Of a stretch of DNA of 64,000 nt, positions 37,590-49,477 are shown one piece after another. The stretch spans positions 1,811,094 to 1,875,093 of the forward strand of contig JADJQM010000001.1 in NCBI GenBank assembly GCA_016712715.1, given 5' to 3'. Made by a program: the position numbers and the translations under genes. Numbering within the stretch: position 1 is the first letter of the stretch; the number at the start of each line of letters is the position of its first letter. Origin of the DNA: Rhodospirillaceae bacterium. GTDB taxonomy: Bacteria; Pseudomonadota; Alphaproteobacteria; Dongiales; Dongiaceae. The notes beneath the pieces were generated by a model. The model worked only from the letters and a program-made list of their open reading frames with translations, made no database searches and had not been told where the DNA came from.

Positions 37590-39410
37590 ATGCACCCCAC
37601 CATCCAAGCCGTTACCGAGCGCATCCGCGCCCGCAGCCAGGATAGCCGGGCGAGATATCTTGCCCGCATCGGCGACACCAAGGGCAAAGGTGTCAAGCGC
37701 GGGCATCTCTCCTGCGGCAACCTCGCCCATGGCTTTGCCGCCTGTTCAGCGGACGAGAAAGCGGCACTCGCCGGCACCGCGGTGCCCAATCTCGGCATCG
37801 TCTCTGCCTATAACGACATGCTCTCGGCCCACCAGCCGTTCAAGGATTATCCGGAAACGATCCGCGACGCGGTGGCCGGTCATGCGACGGCACAATTTGC
37901 CGGCGGTGTGCCCGCCATGTGCGATGGCGTCACCCAAGGCCAGACCGGCATGGAATTGTCACTGTTCAGCCGCGACGTCATCGCCATGGCGACTGCCGTC
38001 TCGCTCTCCCACGACATGTTCGACGCCGCCTTGATGCTGGGTGTCTGCGACAAGATCGTGCCGGGTCTCCTCATCGGTGCCTTGAGCTTCGGTCATCTGC
38101 CGACCGTCTTCGTGCCGGCGGGGCCGATGCCCTCGGGCCTCCCCAATGCCGAGAAATCCCGCATCCGCCAGCTCTATGCCGAAGGCAAAGTCGGCCGCAA
38201 GGAGTTGCTGGAAGCCGAGGCCGCGTCCTACCACGCTGCCGGCACCTGCACCTTCTACGGGACCGCCAACAGCAACCAGATGCTGATGGAAGTGATGGGT
38301 CTGCACATGCCGGGTGCCGCCTTCGTCAATCCAGGGACACCCTTGCGCGCGGCCCTCACCGCCGCTGCGGCGAAGCGCGTCGCGGGTGCGACCGCCCTTG
38401 GCAATGACTATCGCCCGATCGGCGAGATCGTCGACGAGAAGGCCATCGTCAACGCCATCGTCGGGTTGGTGGCAACCGGCGGCTCGACCAACCACACGAT
38501 CCATCTCATTGCCGTGGCGGCGGCCGCCGGCGTCAAGATCGACTGGGCCGACTTCGCCGAGATCTCCGGCGTCACACCTCTGCTCTGCCGCATCTATCCC
38601 AACGGCCAGGCCGATGTGAACTACTTCCAGGCCGCAGGTGGCTTCGGCTTCCTGGTGCGCGAGTTGCTGGATGCGGGGCTCCTCCACCGCGATGTAAAGA
38701 CCCTGGTCGGTGATGATCTCGGCACCTATGCGCAGGAGCCTTATCTCGAAGGCGACCATCTGAAATGGCGCGATGCGCCGCCACAATCCCTCGACCGCGA
38801 TGTGCTGCGCCCGGTGAGCGATCCCTTCGCACCCGAAGGCGGCATCCATGTACTGGGCGGCAATCTCGGCCAATCAGTGATCAAGGTTTCGGCCGTGAAG
38901 ACCGCCCACCGGGTGATCGAGGCGCCCGCAATGGTCTTCACCAGCCAGCAGGCGGTCCAGAAGGCGTTCAAGGACGGCAAGCTCCACCGTGACGTCATCG
39001 TCGTGGTGAAGGGCCAGGGCCCCCGGGCCAACGGCATGCCGGAACTGCATCAATTGACGCCGGCCCTGGGCGTACTGCTCGACCTCGGCTACAAGGTGGC
39101 GCTGGTGACCGACGGCCGCATGTCGGGGGCGTCGGGCAAGGTGCCGGCCGCCATTCATCTCTCGCCCGAGGCCGTGGCCGGTGGCCCCATCGCCCGCATC
39201 CAGGATGGCGACATCATCCGCCTCGACACCGAAACCGATCAGCTCACCTTGAAGGTCGACGCGGCTGCTCTGGCGGCGCGTGACGTCGCGCTGCCCGATA
39301 TCAGCGGCAATGCGAGCGGTTGCGGGCGCGAACTCTTCGCGGCATTCCGCGCCCAGGCTAGCGGGGCGCATCTGGGGGCGGCGAGCTTCGGATGGGAAGG
39401 CATCGTATGA
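37590..39410 (+). CDS. edd: Phosphogluconate dehydratase
   Basis: ORF 37578..39410. ATG 37590 ([12 protein letters not shown]) fits the Edd N-terminus. [11 protein letters not shown] and CDKIVPG (IlvD/Edd family). Confidence 0.95.
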   Translation: MHPTIQAVTERIRARSQDSRARYLARIGDTKGKGVKRGHLSCGNLAHGFAACSADEKAALAGTAVPNLGIVSAYNDMLSAHQPFKDYPETIRDAVAGHATAQFAGGVPAMCDGVTQGQTGMELSLFSRDVIAMATAVSLSHDMFDAALMLGVCDKIVPGLLIGALSFGHLPTVFVPAGPMPSGLPNAEKSRIRQLYAEGKVGRKELLEAEAASYHAAGTCTFYGTANSNQMLMEVMGLHMPGAAFVNPGTPLRAALTAAAAKRVAGATALGNDYRPIGEIVDEKAIVNAIVGLVATGGSTNHTIHLIAVAAAAGVKIDWADFAEISGVTPLLCRIYPNGQADVNYFQAAGGFGFLVRELLDAGLLHRDVKTLVGDDLGTYAQEPYLEGDHLKWRDAPPQSLDRDVLRPVSDPFAPEGGIHVLGGNLGQSVIKVSAVKTAHRVIEAPAMVFTSQQAVQKAFKDGKLHRDVIVVVKGQGPRANGMPELHQLTPALGVLLDLGYKVALVTDGRMSGASGKVPAAIHLSPEAVAGGPIARIQDGDIIRLDTETDQLTLKVDAAALAARDVALPDISGNASGCGRELFAAFRAQASGAHLGAASFGWEGIV

Positions 39411-40375
39411 GTGCACGCAGCCTCGCCCTCGTCGCCGATATAGGCGGCACCAATGCGCGCTTTGCCTTGCGTCGTCCCGGCGTCGACGGCCTGGAGAAAA
39501 TGAAGACGCTGTCGGCCGCCGATTACCCTAACATCGACAATGCCATCACCACCTATCTCGACTGGGCGGAAGCCACACCGACCGAAGCCTGCTTTGCCGT
39601 GGCCTGTCCCGCGCGCGAAGACCAGATTGAGTTCACCAATTCGACCTGGCATTTCTCGCGCGCCGAGACCGCAGCCCTTTTCGGCTGGCAGCGATTCGAG
39701 ACGGTCAACGATTTCGAGGCCCTCGCCTTGGGTGTTCCCCATGTGAAGCCGGAAGGCCTCCATGCCGTGCGCCGCGGCACCATCGAAACCAAGGGCGCCT
39801 GCGCCGTGCTCGGTCCCGGCACCGGCTTTGGCGTCTCCGGCCTCATCTGCGACCGCCATGGCGGCTGGGTGGCCCTGGCCGGCGAAGGTGGCCATGTCGG
39901 CTTCGCGCCGCAGGACGAGCTGGAGGTCGAGCTGCTGCGCTATCTGCAGGCGCGCTTCGGCCGTGTTTCCTGCGAGCGGCTGCTCTCCGGCGACGGCCTC
40001 GTCAACATCTACGAGTTCCTCTGCGTGCAAGCCGGCAAGCCCGCCGAGCGACCGACACCCGCCGAGATCACCGCGCGCGGCCTGGAACAGGGCGAGCGCA
40101 TCGCTCGCGATGCGCTGCGCCGCTTCTGTGCCATCTTAGGGTCGGCCGCCGGCGATCTGGCGCTCATCCTCGGGTCGACCGGCGGCGTCTATATCGGCGG
40201 CGGCATCGTCCCGCGCCTCCTTCCCATCCTGCTCGACAGCAAGTTCGAGGAACGCTTTGCCAATAAGGGCCGTCTGTCCTCGCTCTTGGCGGCGATGCCG
40301 ATCTTCGTCATTCTCGACAACACCCTGGCGCTGCTCGGTGCCGCCGCCACGCTCAACACACAAGGTGACCAATGA
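39407..40375 (+). CDS. glk: Glucokinase
   Basis: ORF 39392..40375. ATG 39407 overlaps the edd stop (ATGA). [14 protein letters not shown]. Confidence 0.92.
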   Translation: MSARSLALVADIGGTNARFALRRPGVDGLEKMKTLSAADYPNIDNAITTYLDWAEATPTEACFAVACPAREDQIEFTNSTWHFSRAETAALFGWQRFETVNDFEALALGVPHVKPEGLHAVRRGTIETKGACAVLGPGTGFGVSGLICDRHGGWVALAGEGGHVGFAPQDELEVELLRYLQARFGRVSCERLLSGDGLVNIYEFLCVQAGKPAERPTPAEITARGLEQGERIARDALRRFCAILGSAAGDLALILGSTGGVYIGGGIVPRLLPILLDSKFEERFANKGRLSSLLAAMPIFVILDNTLALLGAAATLNTQGDQ

Positions 40376-41001
40376 CTCCCATCGCCGCGCTCATCCGTCA
40401 GACACGCGCCATTCCCGTCATCGTGATCGATGCGATCGAGGATGCGCTCCCCTTGGCCCAGGCGCTCCGCGCCGGCGGCCTCAGCAGCATGGAGATCACC
40501 CTGCGCACCGCTGCCGGACTTGAAGCGGTCAAGCGCCTGAAAGGCGCCGTAGAGGGTCTCTCGGTCGGTGTCGGCACCGTTTTGTCATCGGATGATCTGA
40601 AGCGCGCCCATGAAGCCGGCGCTGACTTCGCGGTCAGCCCGGGCTTCTCGGAAGATATCGTGAAGCGCGCCCTCGATCTTGGCCTGCCCTATCTGCCGGG
40701 TGCTGCGACACCGGGCGAGGTGATGCGCGGCCGAGCACTCGGCCTCGATGCGTTTAAGTTCTTCCCTGCCTCGACCCTGGGAGGCCCGGCCACGTTGAAG
40801 GCCTGGGGCGATGTGTTCCCGGACAACCATTTCTGCCCGACCGGCGGTGTCTCCTCCGACAACGCGGCCGACTATCTGGCCCTGGCGCATGTCGCTGCTG
40901 TCGGATCGTCGATGCCGGCGCCCCGGAAGATGGTCCAGGAAAGGAAATGGGACGAGATCAAGGCCCTCAGCCACCAGTTTGTGGCATCGACACATATCTG
41001 A
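40372..41001 (+). CDS. eda: KDPG / KHG aldolase
   Basis: ORF 40372..41001, ATGA overlap with glk. PVIVID...EITLRT...GVGTVL...FKFFPA. Confidence 0.93.
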   Translation: MTPIAALIRQTRAIPVIVIDAIEDALPLAQALRAGGLSSMEITLRTAAGLEAVKRLKGAVEGLSVGVGTVLSSDDLKRAHEAGADFAVSPGFSEDIVKRALDLGLPYLPGAATPGEVMRGRALGLDAFKFFPASTLGGPATLKAWGDVFPDNHFCPTGGVSSDNAADYLALAHVAAVGSSMPAPRKMVQERKWDEIKALSHQFVASTHI

Positions 41002-41028
41002 GGATCGCCTAGCATACCCGCTACTTTT

Positions 41029-41538
41029 TTGTGGTTTTTGGCAGATGAGGGAAACTTGGGAGAACGCGGCCAGTATCAGCGCATCATCGGGGCTGGTTTC
41101 CTGGAGATCTGCTCGCCGCGGATAAAACGGGCTTACGAATATTGGGACAGCAAGCGCCGCGGCCGGCCGATGCCGTCACGCGCCGACATCGACCCCAACG
41201 AGATCCGCGACCTGCTGCCCGGGATCATCCTGATCGATGTCGCCCACGATCCGCTGCGCCTCACCTATCGCCTGGTGGGAACGGATGAGGTCGAAGCGCG
41301 CGGCTACGATCCGACCGGCAAGGACGTCAAAGAGCATGTCTTTGCCGTGACGCCGGATTTCGGCATGGAGACCTACGTCCTCGCCGCTGAGCGCGGTGTC
41401 GTGGTTTACGACCAGGAACCCTGGGCCGCCCCCAATCCCAGATTGGCCGAGGTCGGCTCCGTCGTCATGCCGCTCTCCAGCGACGGGCGGATCGTCAACA
41501 AGCTGATGGCCTTTTGCGATTACCGTCGTTCGGATTAA
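41029..41538 (+). CDS. Small PAS-like (DUF1457-type) protein
   Basis: ORF 41029..41538, with a GTG start and no in-frame ATG near the 5' end. AYEYWDSKRRGRPMPSRADIDPNEIRDLLPGIILIDV resembles the alphaproteobacterial stand-alone PAS family. The start is uncertain. Confidence 0.55.
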   Translation: MWFLADEGNLGERGQYQRIIGAGFLEICSPRIKRAYEYWDSKRRGRPMPSRADIDPNEIRDLLPGIILIDVAHDPLRLTYRLVGTDEVEARGYDPTGKDVKEHVFAVTPDFGMETYVLAAERGVVVYDQEPWAAPNPRLAEVGSVVMPLSSDGRIVNKLMAFCDYRRSD

Positions 41539-41541
41539 GGA

Positions 41542-42192
41542 TCAGTTCTGCTTCTTCGGGACCTTGAACAGGTCCTGGTCCAGCTCGACACCGAACTGTG
41601 CCTCGAACAGGCCGACGCGCACTTCCTCGCTCTTCTGATCGACCACGATCCACTGCCGCAGTTCCAGCGGCCGGTCGCCCAGTTCCAGAATCACCTTGCC
41701 TTCATCCGCATCGTCTGTCTGGCGGATGCTGATTTCGAACGCGGCCGGCGACCGCTGGAACGCCGTCACGGTGACGTCGCCGCCCAGTTCAATATCGTCC
41801 TTCAGCAGGAACCAGAGCGGTGAGGCCGAGACCGGCACGCGGTTGATCTGGTCAAGTTCGGGATCGTAATAATGCAGCGACACGCTGTCCGAGACGATCA
41901 ACATCGGTGAGGGCGGTTCGTATTCGATGCGGATGAAGCCCGGCCGCTTCAGATAGATGGTGCCGAAGGCGATGCCACCCTTCTCGGAATATTGCTGGAA
42001 CTTCGCCTTCATCGTCGTGATGCCGTTGAGGTAATCCTGGATCCGCTTGAGATCCGTCTCATCCTCCGGCGTGAGGTTGGCGGGAACGGCGCGCGCAAAT
42101 GCCGGTCGCGCCAGCGGTCCCAAGGCGGTCAGCAAGGCAAGGCTGCCGGCCATGGTCATGAGATGGCGGCGGGAAACAGTGTATTCATTCAC
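41542..42192 (-). CDS. lolA: LolA-like outer-membrane lipoprotein carrier protein
   Basis: ORF 41542..42192. The signal peptide has SRRHLM. It is LolA-like, and its position immediately downstream of ftsK is typical. Confidence 0.75.
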   Translation of the reverse strand: MNEYTVSRRHLMTMAGSLALLTALGPLARPAFARAVPANLTPEDETDLKRIQDYLNGITTMKAKFQQYSEKGGIAFGTIYLKRPGFIRIEYEPPSPMLIVSDSVSLHYYDPELDQINRVPVSASPLWFLLKDDIELGGDVTVTAFQRSPAAFEISIRQTDDADEGKVILELGDRPLELRQWIVVDQKSEEVRVGLFEAQFGVELDQDLFKVPKKQN

Positions 42193-42225
42193 GATTGGCA
42201 GACCTTTCGATTAATCTTAGCAGCC

Positions 42226-44721
42226 TTAGTCATCCAGCCCACGGGCAAGCACTTCGCGCTTGCCGACATGGTTGGCGGTGCTGACGACGCCTTCCTTTTC
42301 CATGCGCTCGATGATGCGCGCGGCCCGGTTGTAACCGATCTGGAGATGCCGCTGCACAAAGCTGACCGATGCCTTCTTCTCGCGCGTGATGATGGCGACC
42401 GCCTTGTCATAGAGTTCGTCGCCCGAGCCACCGCCCGGTTCACCGTCAAAGCTCTCAAGCCCGCCGGCCTCTTCATCGTCCTGCGTCACTTCCTCAATGT
42501 AAGCCGGCTCGCCCTGTTCCTTCAGGAAGCGCACGATCGATTCCACCTCTCGGTCCGAAACGAACGGGCCGTGAACGCGGGTGATGCGACCGCCATTGGC
42601 CATATAGAGCATGTCGCCCTGTCCCAACAGCTGCTCGGCGCCCATCTCACCAAGAATTGTTCGGCTGTCGATCTTGGTGGTGACGTGGAAGCTGATCCGG
42701 GTCGGGAAATTGGCCTTGATCGTGCCGGTGATCACATCGACCGACGGCCTTTGTGTTGCCATGATGATGTGAATGCCGGCGGCGCGTGCCATCTGTGCCA
42801 GGCGCTGGATCGCCGCCTCGATCTCCTTGCCCGCCACCAGCATGAGATCGGCCATCTCGTCGACCACAACGACGATGAACGGCAAAGCGGTGAGGTCAAA
42901 CGGCTCTTCCTCATAGACCGGCTGACCGCTTTCGAGATCGAAGCCGGTCTGCACGCGGCGCGTCAGCGTTTCGCCGGCCACCCGTGCCTGTTCCAGGCGC
43001 TGGTTAAAGCCGTCGATGTTGCGCACGCCGAGCTTCGACATGGCGCGGTAGCGGTTCTCCATCTCGCGCACGGTCCATTTGAGCGCCACGACCGCCTTCT
43101 TGGGTTCGGTCACGACCGGCGACAGGAGATGCGGGATCCCGTCATAGACCGAAAGCTCGATCATCTTGGGATCGACCATGATGAATCGGCAATTCGCCGG
43201 AGAATGGCGATAGAGCAGCGACAGGATCATGGTGTTGATGGCGACCGACTTGCCGGAGCCCGTGGTACCGGCGATGAGGAGATGCGGCATGCGCGCGAGA
43301 TCAACCACGATCGGCGCACCACCGATATCCTTGCCCAGCACGAGGGCGAGGCGGCTCTGCGAATTCTGATAGCTGTCGTCTTCGATGAGTTCGCGGAACG
43401 CCACCGTCTCTCGCTCGCGGTTGGGGAGCTCGATGCCGATGACACTTCGGCCCGGCACAACGGCGATGCGCACGGAAACAGCACTCATCGAGCGCGCGAC
43501 GTCGTCGGCGAGGCCCACGACGCGGCTGGTCTTTGTGCCGGGGGCCGGTTCGAGTTCATAGAGTGTCACCACCGGGCCGGGGCGCACCTTGACGATCTCG
43601 CCCTTGACGCCGAAATCGTCGAGTACGGTTTCGAGCAGCCGCGCATTCTTCTCCAGGCTCTCTTCATTGATGCGCTGCACGGCGAGATTGGCGGTCGGCA
43701 TGGCGAGGATATCGATCGGCGGCAATTCGAAAGCGCTCTCTTCCAGCACCAGCTTGGCCTGGCGTGAGTCCTTCTTCGCGGGTTTCGCCTTGTCCTTGCT
43801 CTTGGCCGGGGGAGCCGCAACCAGGCGCTCCGCCTTGTCGCCGCGCACGCGCTCATAGCCATCGCTTTCGGCGATGCGGCTGGGGATCTCGATGGCGACG
43901 CGGCTACGCTCGCTCGTCTCGCCGGCAAGGCGCGGTTCACGCCGCATCGCCTCGCGCGCATCGTCACTGCGGCTAAAGCGCGGCAGGCGCAGCTTGAAGC
44001 CGGAGCCACCCATGCCGGCGCGGCCGCGATCGATCACCTCACCCATGTTGCGCCCCATGCGCGCGACACCGCGCCCGAAGCGCACATAGCCGCCAAGGCC
44101 GATGCCAAGGCTGTGATAGAGCGACCACAGGCCCAGCGCCAGGAACCCCAGGGCGAGCAGCCGGCTGAGGAGACTGATCTCCATGCCGCCCACGAAGGGC
44201 GCCACCAGCCCGGTGATCCCGCCGGCGCCATCGGAACCCACCAGGATCATGTGACCAGCGAGACCGCCGAGGCCCGCGATCCACGGCCAGGTGCCGGTGC
44301 CAGGCAGCGCTGCGAAGGCCGCGGCGATGAGCAGGCTGGTGACCGGCAGCAGGATGAGTTTCAGCCACATGCGGTGGATCCCGTGATCGCGCAGCAGCGC
44401 AACACCCCAGGCCAGCAAGGCCGCCGGCGGCACCAGGGCGGCAAGGCCCAGGCCCTGCAGCAGGAAATCGGCAAAGACCGCGCCGGGTGCGCCCATCACA
44501 TTGGCGACGGGCTGGTCGGCGGCGCGGTTGAAACTTGGATCGGCGCCATTGGCCGTCAGTAGCGCCAGGAGATAGGCAAGCCCCGCCAGCACCAGCACGA
44601 TGCCAACGCCTTCCAGCAATCGCCGCAGCACGAAGGAGGAGAATCCACCCGGCCCACCGAACCCAAATCCCGATTGCAGTGCCATGCCGCCGCCTCGTGC
44701 CCCGTTGCCAGCCATGCTCAT
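42226..44721 (-). CDS. ftsK: DNA translocase FtsK
   Basis: ORF 42226..44721. N-terminal TM segments, a linker, motor Walker [10 protein letters not shown], and the gamma domain [21 protein letters not shown]. Confidence 0.96.
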   Translation of the reverse strand: MSMAGNGARGGGMALQSGFGFGGPGGFSSFVLRRLLEGVGIVLVLAGLAYLLALLTANGADPSFNRAADQPVANVMGAPGAVFADFLLQGLGLAALVPPAALLAWGVALLRDHGIHRMWLKLILLPVTSLLIAAAFAALPGTGTWPWIAGLGGLAGHMILVGSDGAGGITGLVAPFVGGMEISLLSRLLALGFLALGLWSLYHSLGIGLGGYVRFGRGVARMGRNMGEVIDRGRAGMGGSGFKLRLPRFSRSDDAREAMRREPRLAGETSERSRVAIEIPSRIAESDGYERVRGDKAERLVAAPPAKSKDKAKPAKKDSRQAKLVLEESAFELPPIDILAMPTANLAVQRINEESLEKNARLLETVLDDFGVKGEIVKVRPGPVVTLYELEPAPGTKTSRVVGLADDVARSMSAVSVRIAVVPGRSVIGIELPNRERETVAFRELIEDDSYQNSQSRLALVLGKDIGGAPIVVDLARMPHLLIAGTTGSGKSVAINTMILSLLYRHSPANCRFIMVDPKMIELSVYDGIPHLLSPVVTEPKKAVVALKWTVREMENRYRAMSKLGVRNIDGFNQRLEQARVAGETLTRRVQTGFDLESGQPVYEEEPFDLTALPFIVVVVDEMADLMLVAGKEIEAAIQRLAQMARAAGIHIIMATQRPSVDVITGTIKANFPTRISFHVTTKIDSRTILGEMGAEQLLGQGDMLYMANGGRITRVHGPFVSDREVESIVRFLKEQGEPAYIEEVTQDDEEAGGLESFDGEPGGGSGDELYDKAVAIITREKKASVSFVQRHLQIGYNRAARIIERMEKEGVVSTANHVGKREVLARGLDD

Positions 44722-45959
44722 CGACCTCTGCGTGAAATTCCAGACATTGCGCCGGCACCTTCCAACGATCCCAGCACCGACGCCATCCGCCCCAGGGCGC
44801 CCGCCAGTTGCGACGGTTCATAGACCAGCGCCACGCGGATGAAGGCGGCACCCGGATTGTGCCCCTTGGCATCGACCCGCGCCATGTAGCCGCCCGGCAG
44901 CACCTTGATCGCCGCCTGTCGCCACAACTCCACCGCTGCCTTCTCCCCATCGCCGACATCGAGCCACAGGAAGAAGCCACCGGCCGGCTTCACTTGGCCG
45001 AAGATCGGCCCCAACGCCTGTTGCGCAAGATCGAAGCTCGCCTGGTAGCGCGCGCGATTCTCCGCGACATGGGCCTCGTCCGACCACAGCAAGGTCGACG
45101 CCGCCAGCACCGGCAGCGGGACCGCAACACCGCCGTAATTGATCAGTTGCACCTGGCGCGAAATATATCGCGCATCGCCCGCGACGAAGCCGGAACGCAT
45201 GCCGGGCGCACTTGAGCGCTTGGAGAGCGAATGAAACGCCAAGAGATTGTCGCACGACCCCGAGGCCTGCGCCGCTTCGATGGCGCCGGGCGGTGGTGCA
45301 TCGCTGTAGATCTCGGCATAACATTCATCGGCCGCGATCAGGAAATCATGTTGGCGTGCCAGCACCAGCCAGCGCCGCCAGAAATCCGGTGACCCCACCG
45401 AGCCTTGTGGATTGGCGGGCGAGCAGAGATAGACCATCGCGGCCTGCTTCAGCAGGTCCACCGGCACGGCATCTGGATCGGGCAGGAAACCCGTCTCCGG
45501 TCCCGCCGGCAGAAAGGCCGGCTCGCCGCCAGCCACCACCGCCGCGCCGGCATAGGTGTGATAGAAGGGATTGGCCATCAGGACCTTCCCCTTGCCCTTG
45601 GGTGCTCCCATGGCGACGGCGGAAAGGGCGATGTGGAACAGCCCCTCGCGTGTGCCGGAGACCGGCACGATCATCCTGTCGGCATCGATGAAGGCACTCT
45701 CCACCCCATAGCGCCGCATGAGCCAGCCCTTGGCCGCGGCGCGGAATTCCGGATTGCCCGCGGTCGGCGGATACTTGCTCCAGCTCTCTTTTGCGTTAGC
45801 GATCGCGTCCGTGGCGAAGGCCGGCGGCTGAAACTGCGGCTCGCCCAGCGATAACAGCAAAGGCGTATTGCCGCCGCCCGGTTGCACGGTTTCCAGCAGC
45901 TTGTTGAGCCGGGTGAAGGGGTGGAACTGGGCAAGCGACTCGACGCGATCCTGATTCAT
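44718..45959 (-). CDS. Class I/II PLP-dependent aminotransferase (DapC/AspC-like)
   Basis: ORF 44718..45986 trimmed to ATG 45959 (MNQDRV). PLP-Lys context [16 protein letters not shown]. The stop overlaps the ftsK start. Confidence 0.85.
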   Translation of the reverse strand: MNQDRVESLAQFHPFTRLNKLLETVQPGGGNTPLLLSLGEPQFQPPAFATDAIANAKESWSKYPPTAGNPEFRAAAKGWLMRRYGVESAFIDADRMIVPVSGTREGLFHIALSAVAMGAPKGKGKVLMANPFYHTYAGAAVVAGGEPAFLPAGPETGFLPDPDAVPVDLLKQAAMVYLCSPANPQGSVGSPDFWRRWLVLARQHDFLIAADECYAEIYSDAPPPGAIEAAQASGSCDNLLAFHSLSKRSSAPGMRSGFVAGDARYISRQVQLINYGGVAVPLPVLAASTLLWSDEAHVAENRARYQASFDLAQQALGPIFGQVKPAGGFFLWLDVGDGEKAAVELWRQAAIKVLPGGYMARVDAKGHNPGAAFIRVALVYEPSQLAGALGRMASVLGSLEGAGAMSGISRRGR

Positions 45960-46337
45960 TCTCGAAACCCTGGCCCGCAAGGGCAAAAATGCAAGCTACA
46001 TCAAAGCGCGACTCGGATGCGACTCGGAACCGGTACAAACCAGCACAAGCCGGGAACGACACTAATCTCTGAAGTGTGTGCCATCAAGTGATTGTATTGA
46101 CGCAGATTCCGATCCACAAGACGGTTCCGTGGTTGCGGTCCCGATAGGTTCCGCCTGCGTTCGACTGTGCACGATTTCGTAAATAGTGCATTAAACGTAA
46201 TACGCACTACTGTTTTTATCATAATTCTCAGCTTATGTCGCCCCAGCGTGACGGCGCAGGCAGGAGCGGTTGCCGGTCCTCGCAAACTTTGCCACCCGGT
46301 GAAGCTATGGTAAGGCTGCCGCACCCGGCCGATCCCC

Positions 46338-47273
46338 ATGACGAGGAATCCCTTGAAGAGCATAGCGTCCATCGGCGAATGCATGGTCGAGTTCGCCCCC
46401 GATGGCGGCGGCGCCTGGCGCATGGGCTTTGCCGGCGACACCTTCAACACGCTGTGGACCCTGCGCGGCCTGCTGCCGGCGACAATTCGGACCGACTATG
46501 TCTCGGCCTTCGGCGATGATGATTTTTCGCGTCGGCAACTGGCCTTCTTTGCCGAACATGGCATCGGCACCGCCGAGAGCCCCTGCCTGAAGGGCGGCCG
46601 CCCCGGCCTCTACGCCATCACACTCGACGGCCATGAGCGCAGCTTCACCTATTGGCGCAGCGATGCCGTGGCGCGCCACCTCGCCGATGATCCGGCGCTG
46701 CTGCGCACAAGCCTTGGCAAGCGCGACCTCATCTATTTCTCGGGCATCACGCTGGCCATCCTGGCAACACCCGCGCGGGCCAATTTGATGCAGGCCCTGG
46801 CCGAGGCCCGCGCCGCCGGCAGCAGACTTGCCTTCGACCCAAATTACCGCGCCCGCCTCTGGCCCAAATTGACCGAGGCGCGCGCCGCCATCACCGCGGC
46901 GCTGCAGCTTGCCGACATCGCCCTCCCCACCCATGACGACGAGAAGCAGTTGTTCGGTGATGCCGACCCCGACGCCACCGTGCGGCGGCTGCGTGGCCTC
47001 GGCGTCCCGGAATTCGTGGTGAAGGATGGCGGCAAGCCGGCCTTGCTCGGCACCGCCACCGGCATCGAGGAAATTCCCGCGGCGACGGCCGCGCAACTGG
47101 TCGACACGTCCGGCGCCGGCGACGCCTTCAACGGCGCCTATCTCAGCGCCCGCCTGCAGGACCAGGAACCACGCGCCGCCACCCTGCTCGCCCACCGTGT
47201 GGCGGCGATCGCCATCGGCGTACGAGGTGCCCTCACCCCCTTCGACAAGCTGGCGACCGCGCGCCAACCCTGA
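46338..47273 (+). CDS. kdgK: PfkB-family sugar kinase, 2-dehydro-3-deoxygluconokinase-like
   Basis: ORF 46338..47273. IGECMVEF N-terminus and PfkB signature DTSGAGDAFNGAYL. Confidence 0.8.
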   Translation: MTRNPLKSIASIGECMVEFAPDGGGAWRMGFAGDTFNTLWTLRGLLPATIRTDYVSAFGDDDFSRRQLAFFAEHGIGTAESPCLKGGRPGLYAITLDGHERSFTYWRSDAVARHLADDPALLRTSLGKRDLIYFSGITLAILATPARANLMQALAEARAAGSRLAFDPNYRARLWPKLTEARAAITAALQLADIALPTHDDEKQLFGDADPDATVRRLRGLGVPEFVVKDGGKPALLGTATGIEEIPAATAAQLVDTSGAGDAFNGAYLSARLQDQEPRAATLLAHRVAAIAIGVRGALTPFDKLATARQP

Positions 47274-47315
47274 CCCGCCCGAAACGACGTCATCATAAGT
47301 TCATGGGTTTGCGAC

Positions 47316-48197
47316 GTGACCGCAACGCCTTTGCGCTATCTGGGCTGGATGAGCAGCCTCTCCTTGACCTATGCCAGCGCCTACGACACGCCGCTCGCGC
47401 GCCTGTCGATCCGGGCCATCGAAATCCTCAGCGGCCAGCTGCGCCTCAAACGCCTCTACGATATCTACCAGGCGGAGATGACAGGCCAGGCCGAGTTCTG
47501 GGACGCGGCCTTGCGCCTCCTCCAATTGCAGATCGATTACGACGCCGCGAAACTGGCGCGCCTGCCGGCCACGGGTCCCCTGGTGATCATCGCCAATCAT
47601 CCCTTCGGCCTGGTCGACGGCCTGTTGATCGGCCACCTCGCCAACCGGGTGCGCGATGATTTCAAGGTGCTGACCAATGCCAGGCTCTATCCGCCCGATG
47701 CCGCCATCCAGCGCTACATCCTGCCGATCGATTTTGATCCCGGCCCCGAGGCACAGGCCACGACGCTGAAGACCCGCGCCATCGCCCGCCGGCATCTTGC
47801 CGAGGGCGGCTGCCTCATCGTCTTTCCAGCAGGCGGTGTCGCCACCACGCCGACACCTTTTGCCAAACAAGCCGTCGATCTCGACTGGAAGCCCTTCACC
47901 GCGCGCCTCATCCATGCCGCGCGCGCCGATGTGGTGCCGATGTATTTCCACGGCCAGAACAGCCGCCTCTTCCAGATCGCCAGCCATATCAGCATGACGG
48001 CGAGGCTTGCCTTGCTGCTCCATGAGGTCGCCAACAAGATCGGGACCCAATTCAAGGTCTCGATCGGCGAGGTCATTCCCTATGGCGCGGTCGAACCCAT
48101 GCGCGATCCTCACGAACTCAGCCGGCATTTGCGCCAGCGCACGGAATGGCTGGGCGATCCGGCGTCCCGCCCCGGCAGCACGGGCATCATCGCCTAG
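47316..48197 (+). CDS. Lysophospholipid acyltransferase family protein
   Basis: ORF 47316..48197. HX4D motif NHPFGLVDG and FPAGG. Confidence 0.75.
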   Translation: MTATPLRYLGWMSSLSLTYASAYDTPLARLSIRAIEILSGQLRLKRLYDIYQAEMTGQAEFWDAALRLLQLQIDYDAAKLARLPATGPLVIIANHPFGLVDGLLIGHLANRVRDDFKVLTNARLYPPDAAIQRYILPIDFDPGPEAQATTLKTRAIARRHLAEGGCLIVFPAGGVATTPTPFAKQAVDLDWKPFTARLIHAARADVVPMYFHGQNSRLFQIASHISMTARLALLLHEVANKIGTQFKVSIGEVIPYGAVEPMRDPHELSRHLRQRTEWLGDPASRPGSTGIIA

Positions 48198-49477
48198 GCA
48201 ACCTGGCGCTTGCCTTCCTTGAGATCGTAATAGCGCATCATCCAGGGCACGAACCAGTTATTGCCCTGGTAGAACGGCACCGTCTTGAACGGCTGATCGG
48301 CGAAGACCGATTTCACCGATCCCGGCGCCAGGATGCGTTGTGCGAGCAGCCGCCCGAAATGCGAGCCCATCGGCAGGCCGGCAAAGCAATAGCCGACCGC
48401 ATAGTGAATGCCCTCATGGGTACCGAGATGCGGCAGCAGGTCGAAGGTCGCGGCACAGCGCCCGGTCCAACTATGCGAGACGCCGACATCCTTCAGGTCC
48501 GAAAACACCGCGCGAAGCTCGGCGGAGAGTCGCCTGCCCATCGTCACCTGGTCGCTGCGTTCGCCGGTCTTGCCGCAATAGAGGATGCGCGTCCCGTCGG
48601 GTGAGCGCCGGATCGCATCGATGTTCATGAAGCAATCGATATAGGTGCGGTCCCTGGGCAGCAATTGGTCGATGAGCCCCGCCGGCAGCTCCTCCGTCGC
48701 CATCTGCCAGGCATCGAAGGGGATCAATCGCCGCTGCAGCCAGGGCAGCAACCCATCGGTATAGCCATTGGTCGCCATGATGACGTCGCGCGCCGCAACG
48801 CCGCCGCGCGCCGTCTCGACCTTGAAGCCCGAACCATCGCGCACAAACCTGCTCACACGTGTGAAAGGATAAAGCGCAACACCCGCCGCCAAGGCCGCCC
48901 GCACCAGCCCCTGGTGATAGAGGCCGGGATGGATCGAGGCCAGATCCGGCAGCACCACGCCGCCGAGATAGCGCGGACTGCCGATCTCGCGCGGCAAGGC
49001 CGCCTTGTCCAGCACCTCGAAGGGCGAGCCCAGATGCTTCTGCCGGAGGTCATATTCGCGCTTCAGATCCTCGAATTGTGGCGCCGTCTCGGCCACCACC
49101 AATCGCCCATGGACGCGGAAATCGCAGTCGATCGCATAGTCGGCGACCGTGTCGGCGACCGCGCGGAACGCCATCTGCATTTCCTGATAGGTCGCGATGG
49201 CATGGGCGAGGCCCTTGGCCTTCACCAGATCGCCGAAGGAATATTTGAGCGTGCGGCCGACAAAGCCCGAATTGCGGCTGGAGGCGCCCGAGCCGATCGC
49301 CCCACTGTCGAACACCGCGACCGACCGTCCGGCGGCGCTGAGCTTCAAGGCGGCGATGAGGCCGGTATAGCCGGAGCCGACAATGGCGACATCGATCTTC
49401 TGCGGCACATCGCCGGGCATGATCTCGGGGCGGGGGGCCGCCTCCCACCAATAGGGATCGGTCTTCATCATGATCAT
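48194..49477 (-). CDS. FAD-dependent oxidoreductase (DAO family)
   Basis: ORF 48194..49477. Dinucleotide-binding DVAIVGSGYTGL. Confidence 0.8.
   Translation of the reverse strand: MIMMKTDPYWWEAAPRPEIMPGDVPQKIDVAIVGSGYTGLIAALKLSAAGRSVAVFDSGAIGSGASSRNSGFVGRTLKYSFGDLVKAKGLAHAIATYQEMQMAFRAVADTVADYAIDCDFRVHGRLVVAETAPQFEDLKREYDLRQKHLGSPFEVLDKAALPREIGSPRYLGGVVLPDLASIHPGLYHQGLVRAALAAGVALYPFTRVSRFVRDGSGFKVETARGGVAARDVIMATNGYTDGLLPWLQRRLIPFDAWQMATEELPAGLIDQLLPRDRTYIDCFMNIDAIRRSPDGTRILYCGKTGERSDQVTMGRRLSAELRAVFSDLKDVGVSHSWTGRCAATFDLLPHLGTHEGIHYAVGYCFAGLPMGSHFGRLLAQRILAPGSVKSVFADQPFKTVPFYQGNNWFVPWMMRYYDLKEGKRQVA

Noticed and set aside
46174-46201. 28-bp 11-6-11 imperfect palindrome, 1.5 kb from ftsK, considered as a dif (XerCD) site.
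   Set aside because: The inner arms read GTAAAT / TTAAAC rather than the conserved CATAA / TTATG core. Only 7 of 11 arm positions are complementary, and proximity to ftsK is not a property of dif. It is kept only as a possible operator in the intergenic-region finding.
46001-46450. 149-aa minus-strand ORF spanning the long intergenic region and the kdgK 5' end.
   Set aside because: It overlaps the well-supported kdgK start and has atypical composition and no motif. The lower-GC region it crosses looks non-coding.
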